Part shown: piece by piece, positions 19,283 to 28,957 of the stretch
Layout of the letters: each line of letters starts with the position of its first letter
How positions within the stretch are numbered: the stretch's first letter is position 1
DNA from: Chloroflexota bacterium
GTDB lineage: Bacteria > Chloroflexota > UBA11872 > VXOZ01
Assembly: GCA_963663275.1 (NCBI GenBank)
Contig: OY760183.1
Span: forward strand, 3,232,001-3,296,000
Length of the DNA: 64,000 nt
Reading direction: 5' to 3'
The notes under the pieces: generated by a model
Databases searched by the model: none
Seen by the model: only the letters and a program-made list of their open reading frames with translations
What the model was told of the DNA's origin: nothing
Made by a program: the position numbers and the translations under genes

Positions 19283-20134
19283 ATGCCCGGCATTGACCTT
19301 CACCTCCACACTACCGCCTCGGACGGCGCGTTTGCGCCGGCCGTCCTCGCGCGCATGGCGGGCACGGCCGGCCTGGATTGCATCGCCATCACCGACCACG
19401 ACAGCACCGACGGCGTGGCCGCCGCGCAGCAAGCGGGGCAGGCGCTAGGTGTGCGCGTGATCGCCGGCATCGAGTTCAACACCCTCTGGCACGGCCAGTC
19501 GGTGCACGTGCTGGGCCACTTCGTGGATACGCAGCATGAGGAACTGCGAGAGGTCGTCGCGCGGCAGCGTGACGGCAGGCTCTACCGGGCGCAAGAGATG
19601 GTGGAAAAGCTGGCCGCGCTGAACATGCCGCTCGACTGGGAGGAGATACTGGAGCGGGCGGACGGCGGCGCGGTGGGACGCCCCCACGTCGCCAAGGCCA
19701 TGATCGCCCGGGGCTACGTGCGCGATTCCGACGAGGCCTTCGCCAAGTACCTGGGCCATGGCATGCCCGCCTACGTGGAACAACCGAAACTCACGCCGGC
19801 TGAGGCGGTGGCCTTGCTGCATCGCGCCGGGGCCGCAGCCGGGCTGGCGCATCCCTACAACGTGGAAGGCGCGGACCAGGTGGACCTGGAAACGCTCGTG
19901 CCCGAACTCGCCGGGGCCGGCCTGGACGCCATCGAAACCTACTACACCGGGTATTCGGCGGAGCAGCGCGCCGCCATTCTGCGCATCGCGGCCCGCTTCG
20001 ACCTGATCCCCACCGGCGGCAGCGACTTCCACGGCGGCGGCATCCTGCCCCAGGCCGCACTGGGCGCTATCAACGTGCCGCCGGAATCCCTGGCGCGGTT
20101 GGAAGCGGCCGCCCGGCAGCGCGCGACGAGCTAG
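19283..20134 (+). CDS. PHP-domain phosphoesterase (TrpH/YciV-like)
   Basis: Motifs DLHLHTTASDG, AITDHD, GRPHVA, LAHP, TGGSDFHG. Confidence 0.92.
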   Translation: MPGIDLHLHTTASDGAFAPAVLARMAGTAGLDCIAITDHDSTDGVAAAQQAGQALGVRVIAGIEFNTLWHGQSVHVLGHFVDTQHEELREVVARQRDGRLYRAQEMVEKLAALNMPLDWEEILERADGGAVGRPHVAKAMIARGYVRDSDEAFAKYLGHGMPAYVEQPKLTPAEAVALLHRAGAAAGLAHPYNVEGADQVDLETLVPELAGAGLDAIETYYTGYSAEQRAAILRIAARFDLIPTGGSDFHGGGILPQAALGAINVPPESLARLEAAARQRATS

Positions 20135-20508
20135 CGTTCGAAGATGGCATCCAGTTTGCCCACGAACAACCGCACGTCCTCGATGCCGCCCCGCACGGCT
20201 ACTGCCGTCTGGTCCCCCTCGTAGAAGTTGACGTGCAGAGAGTTCGCGCTCCGGAACAGCCTGCCAAGCTCGGCGCTGTCAAGCTCAGCCGAAAACCGGT
20301 CCACGTGCTGGAATAGGTGGGCGTGGGTGTAGTGCTCCCAGCCTCTCTGTTCGGCAATTGCTTTCACGGCCTGCGCCGCCGCGCCCCAGGCTTTCTCAGA
20401 GGCCTGCCGCAAGTCGCCCGCTTCAAGTTCTTCCCCCGCTTGCCGGAGAAAGACGCGGCTGGTCTGCAGGTACTTTTCCGCCTGGCGGTCTCTGCCGTTG
20501 TCTCGCAT
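20131..20508 (-). CDS. PaREP1-family (HEPN-like) protein
   Basis: GDLRQASEKAWGAAAQAVKA...H...ANSLHVNFYE is the PaREP1-type signature. Confidence 0.8.
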   Translation of the reverse strand: MRDNGRDRQAEKYLQTSRVFLRQAGEELEAGDLRQASEKAWGAAAQAVKAIAEQRGWEHYTHAHLFQHVDRFSAELDSAELGRLFRSANSLHVNFYEGDQTAVAVRGGIEDVRLFVGKLDAIFER

Positions 20509-20973
20509 CGCGCGCCTCTCTCTTTCTTTACCGCATGGCGATAGTACCAGCCATGACCCTACAAGCGTCAAGCGAAGTGGGACACTGCGGTTGCGCTCCG
20601 TTTGTCACTGTCCGGCAACGCGGGAAGCCACGCGGGCTGCGCCGCGCGCGCCAATGCCGCCCCGCAAGTTACAAACCTGCGCTACCCGAAAGACTGCATT
20701 CTCGCGCTACCGTAGAAGTCGCAATCCCGCACTGCCATACATTTCGCAATCCTGCGCTGACGTGAAGATTGCAGCCCCGCGCTGCCGTGAAGATTGAAGG
20801 CATTTGCTGCCAAGGATCCGGCTCATCGGTGCAAACGGGCCGCATCACTCGTTCCCGCAGTGGCATAGATGCTAAAGTAAGAAGGGAAGCAGTGCGCGGG
20901 CCACGCGTTCGGGATTTCATGCGGAGCCCGCGCCTCGGATAGCGTTCACGGCAGTGAGGTAAGGAGGCAGACC

Positions 20974-21906
20974 ATGGCCGACTCTGGCGCCACATCCGTC
21001 GCGGCGGCGAGACGAATCACGCTCGACGATCTTGAACTGAGCCCGGGCAAGTACGTACGCTTGCAGCGGCTGCTCTACGGCTACGGCCCCGGTAACGGCA
21101 CCATGATGCTGCTGCCGGTGGACCACGGCATGGAGCACGGCCCGGTAGACTTCTTCGACAATCCCGCCGCGCTGGACCCAGATTACATCTGGCGGCTGGC
21201 GCTGGAAGGCGGCTTTTCCGGCGTGGCCTTGCAGTACGGCACGGCGCTGAAGTACATGCGCCAGTACGCCGGCGCCATGCCGCTGGTGGTGAAGCTGAAC
21301 GGCAAGACGAACATCCCGCCGGACGACGACCCCCTCAATCCGCTCAACGCCACGGTGGAGGACGCCGTGCGCCTGGGCGCGGACGCGATTGGCTACACGC
21401 TCTACATGGGCTCGTCGCGCCAGGATGAAGACTTCGCCCAGTGGCGGCAGGTGCGCCAAGACGCCGACCGCTTCGGTATGCCGACCATCATGTGGGCCTA
21501 CCCCCGCGGCCGGCACATGGAGGCCAAAGGCGGCCGCGACAGCTTCTACGCAATCGACTACGCGGCGCGCGTGGCCGCGGAACTCGGCGCGGACGTGGTG
21601 AAGATAAACGTGCCGAAGATCGACCCGGAGAAGGACAAGCTCTCACCCGCGCCCTACGACACCATGAACGTGACTGCCGAGGAGGCGCTGGCCAAGGCCG
21701 TGCAGTCCGCGGGCAAGACGCTGGTGCTGATTTCGGGCAGTTCCCGCGCCAGCGACGAGGAAGCCCTGGAAAAGGCGCGCCTGGCGGTCCAGTCCGGCGC
21801 GACCGGCTTCATCTTCGGGCGCAACTGCTTCCAACGGCCCTGGAACGAGGGTCTGGCCCTGGTGCACGCCATGCGCGACATGCTCCGCGCCGCGGCCGCG
21901 GAGTAG
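20974..21906 (+). CDS. fbaB: Class I fructose-bisphosphate aldolase (DhnA type)
   Basis: Motifs LPVDHGMEHGP, VEDAVRLGADAIGYT, WAYPRG, ELGADVVK, FIFGRN. SD sequence AAGGAGG. Confidence 0.88.
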   Translation: MADSGATSVAAARRITLDDLELSPGKYVRLQRLLYGYGPGNGTMMLLPVDHGMEHGPVDFFDNPAALDPDYIWRLALEGGFSGVALQYGTALKYMRQYAGAMPLVVKLNGKTNIPPDDDPLNPLNATVEDAVRLGADAIGYTLYMGSSRQDEDFAQWRQVRQDADRFGMPTIMWAYPRGRHMEAKGGRDSFYAIDYAARVAAELGADVVKINVPKIDPEKDKLSPAPYDTMNVTAEEALAKAVQSAGKTLVLISGSSRASDEEALEKARLAVQSGATGFIFGRNCFQRPWNEGLALVHAMRDMLRAAAAE

Positions 21907-21944
21907 CTATTCCAATAGGCTGAACGCAATCGAAGCGAACTTAC

Positions 21945-22580
21945 ATGCCCATCTACACCGGCGGCGGTGACGACGGCGACACGTCGCTCTTCGGCGGCGA
22001 GCGCGTCCCCAAACACGCGCTGCGCATGGAACTCATCGGCACAATCGACGAACTGAGCGCCGCGCTGGGCATGGCGGTCGCTCACGCGCCCGATACGGAA
22101 ACCGCCCCCACGACCCAACGCCAACCCGCGCCGGGCGCTGGCCTGTCCCCTCTCCAGAGGGAGAGGGTTAGGGTGAGGGTCCGACCTCTCGTCCAGCGCA
22201 TCCAAGGCGAACTCTTCGTGATGGGCGCGGACGTTGCCTGCCCGCACGAGCCGCGCGGGTATACCATACCGCGCATCACGCCGGAGCACGCCCAAGCCTT
22301 GGAAGCGGCCATCGACGCTGCCGACGAGCAACTCCCGCCGCTTACGGACTTCGTCCTCCCCGGCGGCACGCACGCCGCCGCCGCGCTGCACTTTGCCCGC
22401 GCCGTCTGCCGCCGCGCCGAACGCATTGCCGTGGCCCTGGCCCAAGAGGAAGATCTCTCCAAACCCATCCTCGTCTACCTCAACCGCCTCTCCGACCTGC
22501 TCTTCACCCTGGCCCGGCTCGCCAACCACCAAACGGGCGCCAAGGACGTGCTCTCGAAAGACGTCCTTTCGCCGGAGTAG
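21945..22580 (+). CDS. PduO-type ATP:cob(I)alamin adenosyltransferase carrying an in-frame REP insertion
   Basis: Motifs IYTGGGDDGDT, GTIDEL, FVLPGG, ARAVCRRAER, YLNRLSDLLF. Confidence 0.92.
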   Translation: MPIYTGGGDDGDTSLFGGERVPKHALRMELIGTIDELSAALGMAVAHAPDTETAPTTQRQPAPGAGLSPLQRERVRVRVRPLVQRIQGELFVMGADVACPHEPRGYTIPRITPEHAQALEAAIDAADEQLPPLTDFVLPGGTHAAAALHFARAVCRRAERIAVALAQEEDLSKPILVYLNRLSDLLFTLARLANHQTGAKDVLSKDVLSPE

Positions 22581-22626
22581 CCAAGCCACACCGACCCCGG
22601 TAGCGCAGGTTTGCAACCTGCGCCGG

Positions 22627-23163
22627 TCAGCCGTTGTTGATCGGGGTCGGCGTTGCGTCGGCGCACGGCGTAATCCAGTCGCCGACGGTGATGCCGTAGC
22701 GCGCCGCCGCGCCGGCCGGCAGTTCCAGCACGTGGGTGACCGGCTCGTCCGACTGATAGCGCGGCAATTGGTCGTCCGGCGTATTTGGCGGTGGGGGCTG
22801 TACCGCGGCGGCGATCTGCGCCACCGTGCCGTCGCGGATCCAAATTATGTCGAGTGAGAATCTCATTCCCTTCATCCAGAACGACGGCCGCGTCGGCTCC
22901 CCAAAGACGAACAGCATCCCCGCGTCATCCGGCAGACCGGGATAGCCGCTCAACCCGGCGGCCCGTTCTTCCGGCGTATCGGCTACCAGCACATTGATGC
23001 GCGCCTCATTGACGCAGAGCGCCGCTTCATAGGGTAGCGGTGTTTGCTCCTCTGACGCGACGCGCGTGACCAGGCCTTCGAGTAACTCCGCAGTGGGATC
23101 CCCACAGCCGAGTAAGCAGAGGACCATCATCGCAAGTAGGAGACTTGGAATTCTTCGCGCCAC
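22627..23163 (-). CDS. DUF192-family lipoprotein
   Basis: Lipobox LLGC; motifs VADTPEERAAGL, GMLFVF, FWMKGMRFSLDIIWI, VLELPAG. Confidence 0.88.
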   Translation of the reverse strand: MARRIPSLLLAMMVLCLLGCGDPTAELLEGLVTRVASEEQTPLPYEAALCVNEARINVLVADTPEERAAGLSGYPGLPDDAGMLFVFGEPTRPSFWMKGMRFSLDIIWIRDGTVAQIAAAVQPPPPNTPDDQLPRYQSDEPVTHVLELPAGAAARYGITVGDWITPCADATPTPINNG

Positions 23164-23297
23164 TTGACTTCTGGCCTCGATTCCTGTAATATGTACGTGT
23201 CAGTGTAACGGGCAAGTCACAGGTCTGCGACCTTGACGCTAGCACTGTACCTAATGCTTATGAGGTGCCCGCTCAAGTTCTACAGGAGGCCGCCGCA

Positions 23298-24545
23298 ATG
23301 GCTGCTGTTTCAGTTTCCGATCTTTCCGTTTCTTCTGCACCTCAGTTGCAGATCCCCGTCAGTCGCCAGCACATACGTAGCATTGAAACCCCTGGTGGTC
23401 TTGATGTTCGAATTCTCCACGCGTATGTCAAGATTGCGGACTTCCCCCACGGCGACATTCCAGAGGATGTTAATCCTCGAAGCCATGACGAAAACGCCCT
23501 CAAGTCACGTGTTGCAAGAGCAATTCAGGAGTCGGTTGAGAGTCGTCCAGAGGACTTTCATCTCCTGAACCGCGGACTGCTCGTTATCGCTTCCCGTGCT
23601 TGGTATGACAACCAACAAGAACTGCTCCACATTCACATCGGCTCCTCTGAGCAAGGAGGCTTAGCCGACGGCGCTACCACCGACCGAGTGCTGAGTCGTA
23701 TCAAGCGAGATGCGAAAGCTCTTGTGAACGAGCATAGTTTACCCGATTTCATCGAGAAAGCGTACGTCCACGTGGAAGTGATAGCTGGTGAAGGAATCGC
23801 CGCCAATGAGGCAGTGCTTAGACTTACAGACGCGAGAAACACCAGCATACAAGTTAAGCCGTGGAGCCTCGCAGACTTGGGTGGGAAGTTCGACTGGCTC
23901 AAAGAGATAATCGAGAACTCGCGGTTCAAAGGAAAGGTGCGGTATGAGGAGAACGGCAAGGAGCCAGTTGACATCAGGCAGATTCTAGGGCTGCTGACAC
24001 TCTTTCACCCCAATTGGGATAGCGCTGGTAGGCAGCCGATCGTTGCCTATACGGGCAAAGGGCGCTTGCTTCAGGGCTACTATGAAAAGCCTGATTGGAA
24101 CAGCGGCTATAGGGCACTTGCGCCCGTCATCCTTGACATTCTTGATCTCTATGAGTACGTCAAGCTTTCTTTTGAGCGAGCCTACAAGGATGCCATTGGC
24201 ACCAACGCTAGGCTTGGAAAGCGCAAGGAAATTGACTATAGGGACAAGCCGATCATACGACTAGAACTGACAGGTCGGTTTACTCAATATGGCATTCCAG
24301 ATGGGTGGGTATATCCGATTCTGGGGAGCCTACGTGGCCTGCTGCATAAGAGTACCGACGGCTCAATGCGATGGGATGTGGATCCCAAGGAATTCTTCAC
24401 CACGTGCGGCCCTAAGCTAGTTCAAGATGTGGTGGAGATGTCCGAGCAACTAGGTCGAAATGCAAATTCAACAGGCAAGTCACGGGTGCTATGGCAATCC
24501 CTACACCAGACTGTGGAACTCCAAAGGCTTAGGATGAGTTCCTAA
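23298..24545 (+). CDS. AIPR-family protein (abortive infection phage resistance, ParB-like)
   Basis: Motifs VNPR, FHLLNRGL, GLADGATT and ARNTSIQV match the AIPR pattern (NNG / DG.QT / N.Q). GC is visibly lower than the flanks. SD AGGAGG precedes ATG 23298. Confidence 0.8.
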   Translation: MAAVSVSDLSVSSAPQLQIPVSRQHIRSIETPGGLDVRILHAYVKIADFPHGDIPEDVNPRSHDENALKSRVARAIQESVESRPEDFHLLNRGLLVIASRAWYDNQQELLHIHIGSSEQGGLADGATTDRVLSRIKRDAKALVNEHSLPDFIEKAYVHVEVIAGEGIAANEAVLRLTDARNTSIQVKPWSLADLGGKFDWLKEIIENSRFKGKVRYEENGKEPVDIRQILGLLTLFHPNWDSAGRQPIVAYTGKGRLLQGYYEKPDWNSGYRALAPVILDILDLYEYVKLSFERAYKDAIGTNARLGKRKEIDYRDKPIIRLELTGRFTQYGIPDGWVYPILGSLRGLLHKSTDGSMRWDVDPKEFFTTCGPKLVQDVVEMSEQLGRNANSTGKSRVLWQSLHQTVELQRLRMSS

Positions 24546-24571
24546 GGCATCCGGTTGCAGTCGCACAAAGA

Positions 24572-24621
24572 GCGGCATCTTGGAAACCCATAGCGCGGTT
24601 TCCGAGATGCCGCCTCCCTTT
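24572..24621 (+). terminator. Probable intrinsic terminator after the AIPR gene
   Basis: Stem GCGGCATCTTGGAAACC / GGTTTCCGAGATGCCGC followed by CTCCCTTT. Confidence 0.6.
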
Positions 24622-24669
24622 AGTACCTGCAGTACTTGAAGAGTCCTCGGCAGCTAAGTGACTCTCACT

Positions 24670-24905
24670 TCAAGCGCAGCCGCCAGCCGGCACGGACTCC
24701 TTATAGCTTTGCAAATCTTCACCGTGCTCCCGCGCCAGGCAGGAATTTTCCGTCGCCGCCAGGCGAACGTAAGCCGCTAGCAAGATTGGAAACATCAGCA
24801 GCGTCATCAGCGTCGGCCACTGGATGAGGAAGCCGACCATGACCAGCGCGCCGCGGGCGCGGTAGACGCTCCGGTTGCCGTTGTGCCAGGACGTACCTCC
24901 CCGGC
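24670..24905 (-). pseudogene. C-terminal remnant of an isoprenylcysteine carboxyl methyltransferase (PEMT/ICMT) family gene
   Basis: Manual translation LVMVGFLIQWPTLMTLLMFPILLAAYVRLAATENSCLAREHGEDLQSYKESVPA matches the family C-terminus. The RHPQY motif and the N-terminal half are missing. Confidence 0.65.
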
Positions 24906-25017
24906 GCTATGCGCGCGCTGACACCTGTTCGCTTTGCCGGTTATCATAGACGGTACCACAGGCTCGCTCCCGTGGTTATGTCCGTAGTGACCGTTCCGCC
25001 AACAGAGGAAAAGACCC

Positions 25018-26217
25018 GTGAAGATCATCGATGTCCAAGCCTACATACCCCACCTGCCGCCGGAGCCGCCCAGTTGGCTCTCGCATATTCGGGTGGCAAA
25101 CCCCATGTCCCGCTATCCGGAGTACGGCGCGCGGCGGGCGCTCTGGCAGGGGCCGCTGGGGCCAATCATCGTGCGCGTCACCACCGACGACGGGCTGGAG
25201 GGTCTCGGACTGGGCGGCGGCGGCAATCCGGCCTGCTTCATCGTGGAGCAGCACCTCAAGCGCCTGCTCGTTGGCCAGGACCCCCGCGACACCGAACGCC
25301 TCTGGGACCAGATGTTCCGCGCCTCGCTCCCCTACGGGCGCAAGGGGCTGCCGCTCATGGCGATCAGCGGCGTGGACAACGCCCTGTGGGACATCAAGGG
25401 CAAGGCCGCCAATCAGCCAGTCTACAAACTGCTCGGCGGCGCCACCAAGCCGGCGATTCCGGTCTACGCCACTGGCAATCAATCCGCAGTCTATCAGTCG
25501 TTAGGCTTCGTGGGCAACAAAGTCGCCATGCCCTACGGCCCGTGGGACGGCGTGGAAGGCATGAAGCTGAACGAAAAGCACGTGGCCGACGCGCGGGAGG
25601 CGCTGGGGCCCGACATGCTGCTGATGCTCGATTGCTACATGGCGTGGGACGTTACCTACACGCTGCGCATGGCCGAGCGCCTGCGCCCCTACGACGTGTA
25701 CTGGATCGAGGAGGCGCTCCCGCCCGACGACTACGAGGGCTATGCCGCGCTGCGCCGCCGCATTTCCTGGACGCGCATCACCACCGGCGAGCACGAGTAC
25801 ACCCGCTTCGGCTTCCATGAGCTGATCCAACGCGGCTGCGCCGACATCCTCCAGCCCGATCTCGCCTGGTGCGGCGGCATCACCGAGGCCCACCGCGCGG
25901 CGCAGATGGCCGAGCCCCACGGCATCGACGTGATTCCCCACGTGGGCGCGACCGCCAGCTACCACTTCTGCCTCGCCCATGCCAACGCGCCGCTGGTCGA
26001 ATTCATCTTCCGCGCTGGCGACGGCAGCGAACTCGTGCCGGTGCAGCCCTTCTTCAGCGGCGAACCCCTGCCGGAGAACGGCCAGGTGCGCCCGCCGGAT
26101 ACGCCCGGTTGGGGCTATGACCTTGCCCCTGAGGTCAAGCTGGAACGTCCGCATCCGACGTCCGAAAGCAAAGCGGACGCCGCGCCCGGCTCGGCGGGCC
26201 TGGGCACAGGCGAGTGA
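25018..26217 (+). CDS. Mandelate racemase/MLE superfamily enolase, L-rhamnonate dehydratase-like (paralog 1)
   Basis: WDQMFRASLPYGRKG, AISGVDNALWD, metal ligands LDCYM / WIEE / TGEHE, and QPD...IPH. Confidence 0.88.
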   Translation: MKIIDVQAYIPHLPPEPPSWLSHIRVANPMSRYPEYGARRALWQGPLGPIIVRVTTDDGLEGLGLGGGGNPACFIVEQHLKRLLVGQDPRDTERLWDQMFRASLPYGRKGLPLMAISGVDNALWDIKGKAANQPVYKLLGGATKPAIPVYATGNQSAVYQSLGFVGNKVAMPYGPWDGVEGMKLNEKHVADAREALGPDMLLMLDCYMAWDVTYTLRMAERLRPYDVYWIEEALPPDDYEGYAALRRRISWTRITTGEHEYTRFGFHELIQRGCADILQPDLAWCGGITEAHRAAQMAEPHGIDVIPHVGATASYHFCLAHANAPLVEFIFRAGDGSELVPVQPFFSGEPLPENGQVRPPDTPGWGYDLAPEVKLERPHPTSESKADAAPGSAGLGTGE

Positions 26218-26328
26218 GTTCCGCCTGCCAGGGCGCAGGAGAGTGAGTTCCGCCTGCCAAGGGCACGGGAGAGTGATTTCCGCCTGCCAGGACGCGGGAG
26301 AGTGAGTTCCGCCTGCCGAGGCGCGGCG
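26212..26328. repeat. Four tandem 29-30 bp units (GAGTGAGTTCCGCCTGCCAGGGCGCAGGA)
   Basis: Unit starts at 26212, 26241, 26271 and 26300. The first unit supplies the enolase stop codon. Confidence 0.9.
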
Positions 26329-26367
26329 CACCCTGGCCTCGGCTATCTAAGTTCCCTCTCCTGGGGG

Positions 26368-26514
26368 CTGACAAGGGTATGTAAATGTCATTCCGAGCGG
26401 AGCGAGGAATCTAGAATTGACGATATTGCAGGGTAGCGCCTTAGATTCCTCTCTCCGCTGCGCTCCGTTCGGAATGACACGTGAAGTCGATTCTATAGTA
26501 CATACCCCTGTCAG
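26368..26514. mobile_element. 147-bp CTGACA-ended MITE with a 12-bp target-site duplication
   Basis: TIRs CTGACAAGGGTATGTA / TACATACCCCTGTCAG. Flanked by CTCTCCTGGGGG at 26356-26367 and 26515-26526. Inserted in a family C hairpin. Confidence 0.85.
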
Positions 26515-26700
26515 CTCTCCTGGGGGAGAGGGTTCGGGTGAGGGGGAAATACTGTCGCATCACCGTAGCGCGGGGGCTTTCCCCCAATTGCTATCGCAAT
26601 CACGTAGCGCGGAGGCATGTCCCCATTGCTATCGCAACAACGTAGCGCGGGGGCTTGTCCCCCGCCGGAGGAATGAAGAAAGTAGCAGCACGCGCCAACC

Positions 26701-27861
26701 ATGAAAATCATCGACATCGAAGCCCTCATGCCCCCAGCGTCCACGCGGCGTAGTTGGCTCGTGGCGGAGCGCATGGCCAGTCCCATGTCGGCCTACCCTG
26801 AGTACGCCGAAACCCGCAGTTCCTGGCAGGGCATGGTACCGCGCACCCTCGTCAGGATCACTACCGACGAGGGCATCGACGGCATTGGCGTGGGCGGCGG
26901 CGGCGCGCCCAGTTGCCACATCATCGAACACCACCTCAAGCCCCTGCTCCGCGGCCGGGACCCCCGCGACACGGAGAAACTCTGGGACCTCATGTTCCGC
27001 GCCACCCTCCCTTACGGGCGCAAGGGACTGCCCATCATGGCAGTCAGCGCCATCGACAACGCGTTGTGGGACATCAAGGGCAAAGCGGCCGGCGCGCCGG
27101 TCTACGCGCTGCTTGGCGGCAACACGCGCGGCTCCGGCAGCCAGCCGCCGCGCGTCTCCCTCTACGCCAGCGGCAACCGCAGCGAGGCCTACCCGCCCCT
27201 GGGATTTACGCGCAACAAGGTCTTCATGCGCTACGGCCCCTGGGACGGCACCGACGGCATGAGACGCAATGAGGCGCAAGTAGCCGCGGCCCGCGAGGCG
27301 CTGGGACCGGACAAACTCCTCATGGTGGACGCCTGGATGGGCTGGGACGTGCCCTATGCGCTGGCTATGGCCGCACGCCTGCGCCCGTACGACGTCCACT
27401 GGTTGGAAGAGCCGCTGCTTCCCGACGACTACGACGGCTACGCCGCGCTGCGCCGGCGCCTGCCGTGGCTGCACATTGCCTGCGGCGAGCATGAGTACAC
27501 CCACTACGGCTTCCATGAACTGATCCAACGGGGCTGCGCCGACGTGCTCCAGCCCGATCTGGCCTGGTGCGGCGGCATCACCACGGCCCGGCGGGTGGCG
27601 GCCATGGCCGAAACCCACGGCTTGCAGGTCATTCCCCACATCGGCGGCGCGCTGAGCTATCACTTCGTCGCGGCGCACGCGGTCTGTCCCATGGCCGAGT
27701 TCATCTTTGGCAGCGGCGACGGCACGCAAATTGCGCCCATCCATCCCTTCTTCGAGGGCGAACCCCTGCCTCAGAACGGCGAGGTTGCGCTGACCGGCGC
27801 GCCGGGTTGGGGACTGTCCCTCGCGCCTGATGCGGCCTTCGCCCGCCCGCATCCGACGTAG
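26701..27861 (+). CDS. L-rhamnonate dehydratase-like enolase (paralog 2)
   Basis: Same motifs as paralog 1 (VDAWM, WLEE, CGEHE, QPDLAWCGG, IPH). Confidence 0.88.
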   Translation: MKIIDIEALMPPASTRRSWLVAERMASPMSAYPEYAETRSSWQGMVPRTLVRITTDEGIDGIGVGGGGAPSCHIIEHHLKPLLRGRDPRDTEKLWDLMFRATLPYGRKGLPIMAVSAIDNALWDIKGKAAGAPVYALLGGNTRGSGSQPPRVSLYASGNRSEAYPPLGFTRNKVFMRYGPWDGTDGMRRNEAQVAAAREALGPDKLLMVDAWMGWDVPYALAMAARLRPYDVHWLEEPLLPDDYDGYAALRRRLPWLHIACGEHEYTHYGFHELIQRGCADVLQPDLAWCGGITTARRVAAMAETHGLQVIPHIGGALSYHFVAAHAVCPMAEFIFGSGDGTQIAPIHPFFEGEPLPQNGEVALTGAPGWGLSLAPDAAFARPHPT

Positions 27862-27902
27862 ACGCCATCCCGCCGCGCCGCGTTTCTTGCCAGGACTTGC
27901 CG

Positions 27903-28664
27903 ATGATCATCGACGTACACGTCCACTACCGGAGCGACGCGCAACTCACGCAGGCGCTGCGCCAGGCCGAGCGGCTCGACGTGACGCTCTGCCTGAACAC
28001 GATCAATCTGGAAGGCAGCGTGTCGCCGCACCATCCGTCGGCGGCATTCGTGGCGGCCTGCAACGATCGCACGGCGGCGGCGGCGCGGGCGCATCCCCGG
28101 CGCGTGATTCCCTTCTGGTACCTCAATCCGGCGCACGGCGCGGCGGCCTGCGCGGAGTTGCGGCGGCGGATTGCGCGCCACCGGGGTTCTCAGGGTGTGA
28201 AACTCTGGATGGCGGCCAAGGCGAACGATCCCCGGCTCGATCCCGTGCTCGATCTTTGCGCGCGGTACAACCTGCCGGTCTTGCAGCACACCAATCTCGA
28301 GGCGGGCGGCACGCTCCCTACCGAGACCACGCCCCAGGAGATGCGCGCGGCGGCGTTGCGGCATCCCGGCGTCACCTTCTTGTGGGGTCACGCCGGCAGC
28401 GACGTGGAGTACGGCGTGAAGTGCGCCCTGGGTGTGCGCAACGTACTCATGGACATCGGCGGCAACGAGGCCACCAACGGCTACACCGAGACGCTCGTCC
28501 GCTACCTGGGCGCGGCGCGGGTCGTCTACGGCAGCGACGCCACCGGCCGGTCGTTCGCGTCGCAACTGGCAAAAGTCACGGGCGCGGACATCTCACCAGC
28601 GGCCCGGGCGAAGATTCTCCACCAAAACGCCGCGACGCTCTTTGCCCAACAGCGGTATGATTAG
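27903..28664 (+). CDS. Amidohydrolase_2 family metal-dependent hydrolase (paralog 1)
   Basis: Motifs IIDVHVH, GVKLW, PVLQHT, GHAG, VYGSD. Confidence 0.88.
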   Translation: MIIDVHVHYRSDAQLTQALRQAERLDVTLCLNTINLEGSVSPHHPSAAFVAACNDRTAAAARAHPRRVIPFWYLNPAHGAAACAELRRRIARHRGSQGVKLWMAAKANDPRLDPVLDLCARYNLPVLQHTNLEAGGTLPTETTPQEMRAAALRHPGVTFLWGHAGSDVEYGVKCALGVRNVLMDIGGNEATNGYTETLVRYLGAARVVYGSDATGRSFASQLAKVTGADISPAARAKILHQNAATLFAQQRYD

Positions 28665-28957
28665 TATGCCAGCGGCGAGCGGGCATTAGCGGCACGGCAG
28701 CGTAAGACAGCGCGGCGCATACGGTGTTCCCTGTACGCCAACCGGCGGGGGACAAGCCCCCGCGCTACGTTAAGACATACGGCAGCGGGCAATTTCCCCT
28801 CACCCCGGCCCTCTCCCAGGGGAGAGGGGGTAAGAGTGGAGGCAAGAGGGCGCGGGGCGCCTCCGGTTCCCTCTCCCCGGGGGGAGAGGGTTAGGGTGAG
28901 GGGGCGCTCGACGCGACGACAGGCGCAGCAACGAAGTCCTTCAACAGGCAAGAACCC

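Noticed and set aside
23240-23262. CIRCE-like TAGCACT...TGCTTA upstream of AIPR
   Set aside because: The spacing is wrong, there are several mismatches, and the context is not heat-shock related.
26212-26328. Mini-CRISPR
   Set aside because: The units are contiguous with no unique spacers, so this is a simple tandem repeat.
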